Program-made: the position numbers and the translations under genes
Part shown: positions 1 to 5,476 of the stretch, one piece after another
How positions within the stretch are numbered: position 1 is the stretch's first letter
Layout of the letters: each line of letters starts with the position of its first letter
DNA from: Okeania sp.
Lineage (GTDB): Bacteria; Cyanobacteriota; Cyanobacteriia; Cyanobacteriales; Microcoleaceae
Assembly: GCF_035285525.1 (NCBI RefSeq)
Contig: NZ_JAYKGW010000024.1
Location: 1 to 9,362, forward strand
DNA: 9,362 nt
Direction of reading: 5' to 3'
The notes under the pieces: generated by a model
What the model was told of the DNA's origin: nothing
Seen by the model: the letters and a program-made list of their open reading frames with translations, nothing else
The model's database searches: none

Positions 1-127
<127 letters not shown>

Positions 128-940
128 AAATGCCAGACAACAGAGAAAGGGACAAATTTATTTTTAGTCCAGTTAAAATCTGGGGAACTTTTGGAGTGCG
201 ATCGCTTACTTCTGGCAACTGGCAGTAGTCCTATTGGCCATCGTTTGGCCAGGGAATTAGGCCATAAAATTATTTCTCCTGTTCCTTCTTTATTTACTTT
301 TAATATTTCTGACCCCCGTCTCCAAGATTTGGCTGGTATTTCGGTTGAGAATATTTGTTTACAACTACCGAAGGCCAAGTTAAAACAAATTGGTCCTGTG
401 TTGCTGACTCATTGGGGTTTAAGTGGGCCAGCAGTTTTAAAATTATCTGCTTGGGGTGCTAGATTTCTCTATGAGAATAATTATCAATCTGATTTATTAA
501 TTAATTGGTTATCAGATATTAACCGAGAAGATATAAGGACTAAGTTATTAGAATTTAAAAGTTCTGAAAAGAAGGCGATAGTTAATAGTTGTCCGTTTTC
601 TTTACCCCGTCGTTTATGGGAACGTTTAGTTATGGCTGCGGATATTGATTCTCAAAAACGTTGGGCGGAGTTATCAAATAAGGCTATTAATAAATTAATT
701 TTGGAATTGACTCAAGGTAAGTATGAAATTCGAGGTAAAGGGGTTTTTAAGGAAGAGTTTGTTACTTGCGGTGGGGTAAGTTTAAAGGAAGTTAATTTTA
801 AGACTATGGAAAGTCGTTGTTGTCCAGGATTGTTTTTTGCTGGAGAAATTTTAGATATTGATGGAGTTACAGGGGGTTTTAATTTTCAAAGTGCATGGAC
901 AACTGGATGGTTAGCTGGACAAAATATAATTAATCATTAA
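128..940 (+). CDS. C-terminal exon of an HI0933/BaiN-like NAD(P)/FAD-dependent oxidoreductase (partial; the N-terminal exon lies outside the window)
   Basis: The translation carries family-typical motifs: DRLLLATGSSPIGHRLARELGH, THWGLSGPAVLKLSAWGA, FVTCGGVSLKEVNFKTMESR, PGLFFAGEILDIDGVTGGFNFQSAWTTGW. The roughly 125-residue N-terminal FAD-binding part is missing. The GTG at 95 in the ORF track lies inside intron domain VI and is probably an artefact. The exon start at 128 is inferred from the domain VI fold. Confidence 0.85.
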   Translation, partial: KCQTTEKGTNLFLVQLKSGELLECDRLLLATGSSPIGHRLARELGHKIISPVPSLFTFNISDPRLQDLAGISVENICLQLPKAKLKQIGPVLLTHWGLSGPAVLKLSAWGARFLYENNYQSDLLINWLSDINREDIRTKLLEFKSSEKKAIVNSCPFSLPRRLWERLVMAADIDSQKRWAELSNKAINKLILELTQGKYEIRGKGVFKEEFVTCGGVSLKEVNFKTMESRCCPGLFFAGEILDIDGVTGGFNFQSAWTTGWLAGQNIINH

Positions 941-1128
941 TTATTAATAATTAGGGTGGGCTGATTAAATATGAAACCCTTTACAACTAAAGCTTTTAGC
1001 ATTTTTAGGTATGGAAAAACTACCCGCTTTTAGGTCTCTCAAGCACGGTTCCCGAAAAATCATGCATTCTAGGATTTTAGGGAAACCAAGGGTAGAAAAA
1101 TCAAGGAAAAATTATTCCTACCACACCT

Positions 1129-1162
1129 CCCTCCCCATACTCCCCACACTCCCCCGCTCCCC
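1129..1162. repeat. Pyrimidine-rich tract with five C3-5 runs; reads as a G-quadruplex motif on the minus strand and an i-motif candidate on the plus strand
   Basis: CCC T CCCC ATACT CCCC ACACT CCCCC GCT CCCC sits within the wider CT-rich stretch 1118..1170. It is conspicuous against the AT-rich background and has a heptamer-like (STRR-like) periodicity. Confidence 0.6.
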
Positions 1163-1198
1163 TACTCCTTAAAAAAAGTCCAATGTTTCCTTTTCTTG

Positions 1199-1211
1199 TA
1201 TAATCTATAAT
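1199..1211 (+). promoter_or_regulatory. Two overlapping perfect -10 boxes, TATAAT at 1199..1204 and 1206..1211; candidate promoter for a long leader or ncRNA upstream of the NYN gene
   Basis: The sequence is TTGTATAATCTATAAT. No good -35 is visible. AT-rich DNA produces such hexamers by chance, so support is weak. Confidence 0.3.
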
Positions 1212-1585
1212 TTAGGTATAGCGCTATGGATTAAGGTTTAAGGTGCTTGAGATTGGTAAAAGCTGCAATTTTGTTACAATGAACAACTGCCTTTTACCAA
1301 AAAATCAGGTCCAAAGATTCCCCTTTTTAGGGAATCAAAAAGCGGTCGAGAGATGGTGTACTTCGGAGCAGCTCTGCAAGAGCGAGTTTCCTCGCCATAT
1401 CCAACCGACCAAGAGAAATATTTAACTTCAGTATTTCAAGCCTCCGAGTTTAGTCAGAGGTTCACGCTCTACTGATAACTGATAACCTTTTGCCTAACCC
1501 GTAGCAATGTATAGTTCTCAAAATGCTTGATATAAGGCAATTGTGAATCATCCGAAATTGAGTAAGCATTAATCACTTATAGGTC

Positions 1586-2692
1586 ATGTCAGATAATTCT
1601 GGTTTGCTAGTGACTAACAATTCCGTTACTATTAACGCTATCAGCCACCATATTTACCAAACTATTGTTTCCATTCAACAGCAACATCCTGAATGGATAG
1701 CTCCAAAGTATAGGAACATTCCTTGGCATAGTCCCAAGTATCAATCTAATTTGATGAATAAGTTGACAAAAGGACTGTTTAATGTTAAAGAACTGGATGC
1801 TTTGAATCTGAAAGTCAAAAATTATCTCCAAATTCTTCTAACTCCAGAGTTTATTAATTCTGCTCAATATAGTATTTTAATTGCTGAGATAGACAAATAT
1901 ATTTATCCAGAAATAACTCTGGTTTCATCAGATGAAATTACTAATTCTCAGGTTGCCAATATATCTACAAATGGAAAGAAATTAATAGAGACAGGAATTG
2001 CTATTTTACTGTTAGATGTAGAAAATTTACCATTAAATCAGGAAACGGAAAAAATTCTGGTAGAAATATGTAATTATCCAATTCAAATAAAGGTTGCTTT
2101 TGCTAACTGGCGCAGTATGGGGAAAAAAGATGAAGAATTTCATCAACGTGGTTATCAATTAATTCATGTTCCTCCTGGAAAAGATAGTGCGGATTTAAAA
2201 ATGGCAACTGTAGGTGCTTCTATTTTTCTCAATTATCCCAAGGCGAAGGAAATATTAGTTTGTTCTTCTGACCGAGGTTTAACTCATCTTGGTACTACTT
2301 TACAATCTCATGGGTTAACTGTTTATCAGGTACGGAAATATAAAAATCAAATTACTGTTTTGAATAGTCAAACTGGAGAATCAAAAACATATGCTTTGTC
2401 GGTTCCAGAAATTCCTACTATTAATAGATTTATTATTCAGTTACAGGAATTAATTCAAGCTGAATCAGCAAAGGTCGGACAGCAATGGATTAAATTTTCA
2501 AGAATTTCTGCTTTGTATAAAGAAACTTATAAGTTGAATTTGAAAGATGTAGTTAATACTCACTTTCCTGGTGAAGGATCAAGTTATATATTTGTCAATT
2601 ATCCAGCTTATTTTGTTCTGCATAAACCTTCGGAAAAATCTCAAACTTATGTCAGTATTTTTAATCTGTTTAAGCCAGAAAAAAAAAATTGA
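1586..2692 (+). CDS. NYN (LabA-like, PIN-related) nuclease-domain protein with an uncharacterised N-terminal region of about 135 aa and a C-terminal OST-HTH/LOTUS-like domain
   Basis: 368-aa ORF. NYN motifs occur in the canonical order: IAILLLDVEN (D144, N147), a beta-strand plus AFANW, GKDSADLKM (D203), ILVCSSDRGLTHLGTTLQSHGLTVYQV (D229). Residues about 280..360 (QQWIKFSRISALYKETYKLNLKDVV...YPAYFVL) fit the OST-HTH pattern that is frequently fused to bacterial NYN domains. Confidence 0.8.
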   Translation: MSDNSGLLVTNNSVTINAISHHIYQTIVSIQQQHPEWIAPKYRNIPWHSPKYQSNLMNKLTKGLFNVKELDALNLKVKNYLQILLTPEFINSAQYSILIAEIDKYIYPEITLVSSDEITNSQVANISTNGKKLIETGIAILLLDVENLPLNQETEKILVEICNYPIQIKVAFANWRSMGKKDEEFHQRGYQLIHVPPGKDSADLKMATVGASIFLNYPKAKEILVCSSDRGLTHLGTTLQSHGLTVYQVRKYKNQITVLNSQTGESKTYALSVPEIPTINRFIIQLQELIQAESAKVGQQWIKFSRISALYKETYKLNLKDVVNTHFPGEGSSYIFVNYPAYFVLHKPSEKSQTYVSIFNLFKPEKKN

Positions 2693-3015
2693 ATTTTCCC
2701 CAAAATGAGGCGAAAAAGGGTACTGATATTGTTGAAAAAGGTACTGAGATTACGAATATTTCTCAGATTATTTCCCTGGAAGATATGGAAAAGGTATTAG
2801 TGAAAATTTTCATGAGTTTAGCTCCTAAGTTTTCGGGAGGTTATGTTCCTATTTCTAATCTTGGTACTGAGTTTCATAGGTTATATGGTCAACCAATTAC
2901 TAAAGCTATTAAACGGTTTCAACCAAGTAAAAAATTTCCTAAATTTTTGGAGTTATGTAGTTCGCTGAAGTTGTATCAGTCTGAAGAAGGTCGTTGGTTT
3001 GTTAGTTTGATTTGA
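2689..3015 (+). CDS. OST-HTH/LOTUS-like domain ORF, probably the frameshifted continuation of the NYN protein rather than an independent gene
   Basis: The segment LEDMEKVLVKIFMSLAPKFSGGYVPISNLGTEFHRLYGQPITKAIKRFQPSKKFPKFLELCSSLKL fits the LOTUS pattern. The only start is a TTG at 2689 with no Shine-Dalgarno sequence, and the first internal Met is residue 33. This frame is open from 2674, which is across the A10 run. Confidence 0.6.
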   Translation: MNFPQNEAKKGTDIVEKGTEITNISQIISLEDMEKVLVKIFMSLAPKFSGGYVPISNLGTEFHRLYGQPITKAIKRFQPSKKFPKFLELCSSLKLYQSEEGRWFVSLI

Positions 3016-3034
3016 AGGAAGAAGGAAGAAGGAA
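3014..3034. repeat. Heptamer tandem repeat, (GAAGGAA)x3
   Basis: Read directly as GAAGGAAGAAGGAAGAAGGAA, overlapping the TGA stop at 3013..3015. Confidence 0.9.
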
Positions 3035-3036
3035 GT

Positions 3037-3241
3037 ATTAGTGAATTTACCATCCTTAAGGGGTTCATCAAAATCATCGCTAATAAAAATAATATCGCGA
3101 TCGCTACCAAATAAAGGAGGTCGTTTAGTTGGGGGTTTGAGCTGATGTTAATTTTACTATTGGTTGGTGATTTTTAGTAATAATAATTTCTTCTCGTTCG
3201 GCAGCCATTTCTAACAATTAATTAATATCTATAATTTCCAT
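3037..3241 (-). pseudogene. Decayed Phd/YefM-type antitoxin gene with an in-frame stop and a frameshift
   Basis: The minus-strand translation from ATG 3241 is MEIIDIN*LLEMAAEREEIIITKNHQPIVKLTSAQTPN*. After a 1-nt frame change it continues KRPPLFGSDRDIIFISDDFDEPLKDG. The EE-IIITKN-QP-VKL and G-x5-I-ISDDFDEPL motifs are typical of cyanobacterial Phd/YefM-like antitoxins. No intact ORF and no partner toxin gene are present. Confidence 0.5.
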
Positions 3242-3325
3242 ATAGCAGTTCCAAATAGATTATAATATTTTATAAATTCACAGGTACAAGAATATCATTT
3301 TAGCTTCTAGAAATCATGCAAAAAT

Positions 3326-3754
3326 TTAGGTTAACACTACCCCTGATGGCAAATTTAGATGATTTTTAACGCTTTCTAGTAAAAGTTGATATAAGAAATG
3401 AGGTGTTTTTTGATTAACTAATTCCAGACTATTTTGATAAACTTTACCAGTAGATTCATCATTAATAATTCGATAGTGAATTATTTTTGTCCATTCTGGT
3501 GCGGTAATCATTAATTGAGGAATAACTTCAATAAAAACTTGTATTTGTTTTTGTAGTTCAAAATCTTCTAAAAAATGAACTAAACTAAACATAATTTCCG
3601 GATGTTGACAATTATCATCTAAGATAATATGTAAGTCTTTTAAGTTTTCATTGTTAGGATGTTGAGCAATTTTTTCTAAAGTTTCCTCAAATATATTAAT
3701 TTCTTGAGGTGTTTTCATTAAACGATTTTCTTGTAATATTTTGATTAAATTCAT
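3326..3754 (-). CDS. Hypothetical 142-aa acidic protein that resembles small polymorphic-toxin immunity proteins (Imm30-like from memory, unverified)
   Basis: The ORF is intact, with AAGGAG 10 nt upstream of the ATG. Its ATG overlaps the stop of the upstream ORF (ATGA). The motifs LDDNCQHPEIMFSLVHFLEDFE and APEWTKIIHYRIIND recall Imm-type proteins. Confidence 0.6.
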   Translation of the reverse strand: MNLIKILQENRLMKTPQEINIFEETLEKIAQHPNNENLKDLHIILDDNCQHPEIMFSLVHFLEDFELQKQIQVFIEVIPQLMITAPEWTKIIHYRIINDESTGKVYQNSLELVNQKTPHFLYQLLLESVKNHLNLPSGVVLT

Positions 3755-4002
3755 AATTTTATAACTCCTTTATCAAAAAGGGTTAACCAAGTTATTTTAT
3801 TAAGTTTAATAAGTTCTTGCAGACTCTTTCTAATATCTGCATTATATAATCTTTGAAAAAGATAAATAGAACGAGTATCCCAAACTTCTTGCGCTAAAGT
3901 TTGTCTAGGGGAAAGGGTTAAGTCTGAACTTTTACCATAAGATAAAGTTTGACGATGACGACCGACTTTTCCTTCTCCTGGAAGTAGTTTTGATTGAATA
4001 AT
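3751..4002 (-). CDS. 83-codon ORF with no canonical start codon (candidate ATT start), translationally coupled to the 142-aa ORF; possibly an orphan toxin C-terminal module
   Basis: The frame is open from 4017 to the TGA at 3753..3751 and contains no ATG, GTG or TTG. A strong Shine-Dalgarno sequence, AAGGAG (4013..4008), lies 5 nt upstream of ATT 4002..4000. A minus-strand TATAAT sits at 4047..4042. The stop overlaps the downstream ATG. The translation is IIQSKLLPGEGKVGRHRQTLSYGKSSDLTLSPRQTLAQEVWDTRSIYLFQRLYNADIRKSLQELIKLNKITWLTLFDKGVIKL. Confidence 0.35.
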   Translation of the reverse strand: MIQSKLLPGEGKVGRHRQTLSYGKSSDLTLSPRQTLAQEVWDTRSIYLFQRLYNADIRKSLQELIKLNKITWLTLFDKGVIKL

Positions 4003-4042
4003 ATTGTCTCCTTGTAATTAATTATTTTGGGCGATCGCTTGA

Positions 4043-4177
4043 TTATACGGAAAAGAAAATCCTAAAAGTTTTCAAACTTTCCATCTGATACTTTGTTAGA
4101 CCATAAACAAGTCTAAGTTGAGCATGAGAATGTTTTTACCAATATTCTCTCAGTTTCCTTCGACTAATAATACCCAT
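4043..4177 (-). pseudogene. N-terminal remnant of a HigB-family (RelE-like) toxin gene with an in-frame stop
   Basis: The minus-strand translation from ATG 4177 is MGIISRRKLREYW*KHSHAQLRLVYGLTKYQMESLKTFRIFFSV*. This matches the HigB N-terminal consensus M-R-I-I-S-R-K-x-L-R-E-F-W-E-K-H-P-D-A. The TAA at 4138..4136 falls where the conserved Glu (GAA) is expected. The frame closes again at 4045..4043 and the C-terminal half is not recognisable. Confidence 0.55.
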
Positions 4178-4387
4178 CAAGAGCGATCACTATTTTTTAT
4201 ATTATTTAATCAGATCACAACTGATAAATTTTCTCAAAAATATATGGGTTTCATAATTTTACCGCACTTTTTAAACAAAAAAAATACTTCTGCTTATTAA
4301 ATTGAATGTTAGATAAATTAATCAAATTATAAATATATAATTAGTAAGTATCTATTACATGCTTCACTTTATTAACTTAGTTATTTA

Positions 4388-4424
4388 GTCACTTTATTTT
4401 GAAATCCCTATTAGGGATTGAAAC
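4388..4424 (+). CRISPR. Solitary 37-nt CRISPR-type direct repeat, GTCACTTTATTTTGAAATCCCTATTAGGGATTGAAAC
   Basis: It has the length, an internal 7-bp hairpin (AATCCCT/AGGGATT with a 3-nt loop) and the 3' ATTGAAAC handle typical of Cas6-processed cyanobacterial type I-D/III repeats. Only one intact copy exists and no cas genes are in the window. Confidence 0.55.
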
Positions 4425-4465
4425 TAATATTTTGTCATTAAGTACCAACCATAAAGGCAGTTAAA

Positions 4466-4507
4466 TGACTTTTTATTGATTAAAAACAACTTTGTATTGA
4501 TTAAAAC
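4466..4507 (+). repeat. Two adjacent truncated repeat-like copies lacking the hairpin: TGACTTTTTATTGATTAAAAAC and AACTTTGTATTGATTAAAAC
   Basis: They start 41 nt after the intact repeat. Each keeps similarity to its 5' end (CACTTTATTTT) and 3' end (GATTGAAAC). This fits a degenerate array terminus. Confidence 0.4.
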
Positions 4508-4738
4508 AGTACACTGTACTATCTAGACTGTATAGTAATGAAAAGTAAAATGTAGAATTAAAAAAAATTAAGTAACGACATCAAATAATCAAATAACCCC
4601 TGCCATTTTTGGCAGTTCAATATACAATAAAAAAGACCTAGTAGATGTTGACGCATCAACTAGGCCATTTAAACTATCAACAGATACAATTGCTCATCAA
4701 AGTCTTTATATCCGTTTATCTCACTTTTATTATATTCT

Positions 4739-5216
4739 ATGAAACCAATAAAAACAATACCAACAGTTAGCAATACTGCTAGCTTACTAAAATCACCACA
4801 ACATCAACCCCTGTGTTGGGAGAGGTTAAAACTTTTTGAACAACACATCAAGAATACCACTCGGTTATTTCTGTATTTTTTCTGAACTTGGGCATCTAAT
4901 GCGAAATTTAGAAGCAAATGGCTACATTTTTCCTTATGGAAAAGTGCCAGATATTTCTGTAGGAAAGTGTTGGTGTAATTAGTTAGGCTTCCAAGATGTT
5001 AATACAGACTTTCGCAAATATCCCCACTACTATCCAGATGGTAGGGTTGTTCCAGCGAACATGTATCCAGACGAGTTACTTCCAAAATTTCGATGGTGGT
5101 TAAACACAACTTATATAATGGAGAAATTGCCTAACTATGTTAAACGGTTTTGTTCCCCAGAGGAAACTAGATTGATAACTGCAATAGTTCAAAAACGCTT
5201 CTCAAGTGTTGCGTAA
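4739..5216 (+). pseudogene. Disrupted gene of about 159 codons for a conserved-looking hypothetical protein (frameshift in a T6 run plus an in-frame TAG)
   Basis: Frame 1 runs from ATG 4739 to TGA 4883..4885 (MKPIKTIPTVSN...TRLFLYFF*). Coding resumes in the +1 frame across T6 (4876..4881) as SELGHLMRNLEANGYIFPYGKVPDISVGKCWCN. TAG 4980..4982 follows, possibly a mutated TGG. The same frame then continues LGFQDVNTDFRKYPHYYPDGRVVPANMYPDELLPKFRWWLNTTYIMEKLPNYVKRFCSPEETRLITAIVQKRFSSVA*. I could not assign a family. Confidence 0.5.
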
Positions 5217-5217
5217 G

Positions 5218-5306
5218 CTAGAAATATCTTTTATAAAAATAGTACGAAAATTTCGTACTATTTTTGTGGTTTTGAGAAACTAGAAATATCTTTCATGGAA
5301 ATAGTA
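5218..5306. repeat. 27-nt direct repeat (5218..5244 and 5280..5306, 24 of 27 identical), each copy followed by a different hairpin
   Basis: The copies are CTAGAAATATCTTTTATAAAAATAGTA and CTAGAAATATCTTTCATGGAAATAGTA. The first is followed by the 5235..5265 hairpin. The second is followed by the ATGGAAATTTTCCAT palindrome. Confidence 0.8.
5235..5265. terminator. Perfect 15-bp inverted repeat (AAAAATAGTACGAAA A TTTCGTACTATTTTT); candidate bidirectional intrinsic terminator
   Basis: The hairpin core is flanked by an A-run and a T-run and lies 19 nt downstream of the 4739..5216 stop. Confidence 0.5.
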
Positions 5307-5364
5307 TTAATCAGATCGATGGAAATTTTCCATTGATTATGATTTTCATCTCAGTAAACCAACC

Positions 5365-5390
5365 TAGGGACGTTGCATGCAACGTCCCTA
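5365..5390 (-). terminator. 26-nt perfect GC-containing palindrome, TAGGGACGTTGCATGCAACGTCCCTA; candidate glmS terminator
   Basis: It lies about 90 nt downstream of the glmS stop on the minus strand. The stem is strong, but the downstream minus-strand sequence (GGTTGGTTTACTG) is only moderately T-rich. Confidence 0.45.
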
Positions 5391-5476
5391 CATTGTCGTT
5401 ATTCTAACAGAAAATACTGATAACTGTTAACGTAGTTCCTCTGTAAGAGGCTAACTGATAGCTGTTAACTAAAATC

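Noticed and set aside
1243-1425. 60-aa ORF (GTG start) in the spacer upstream of the NYN gene
   Set aside because: It has no Shine-Dalgarno sequence, the peptide is Cys- and Lys-rich and looks random, and it overlaps several RNA hairpins. I treat it as non-coding.
1471-1486. The CTGATAA CTGATAA heptamer pair and its similarity to the CTGATA(A/G)CTGTTAAC boxes at 5417 and 5455
   Set aside because: These matches are too short to distinguish from chance or generic STRR-like repeats without genome-wide counts.
1607-1831. 74-aa minus-strand ORF
   Set aside because: It lies entirely antisense within the NYN-protein gene and is a shadow ORF.
3900-4042. Possible continuation of the HigB remnant in a third frame (ETILFNQNYFQEKEKSVVIVKLY compared with the VVFNIKGNxYRLVV motif)
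   Set aside because: The similarity is too weak and gapped to call by eye. The region is also covered by the cleaner 83-codon frame.
4118-4300. 60-aa plus-strand ORF
   Set aside because: It is antisense to the HigB-like remnant, which has clear homology-type motifs. The peptide is low-complexity and no ribosome-binding site is present.
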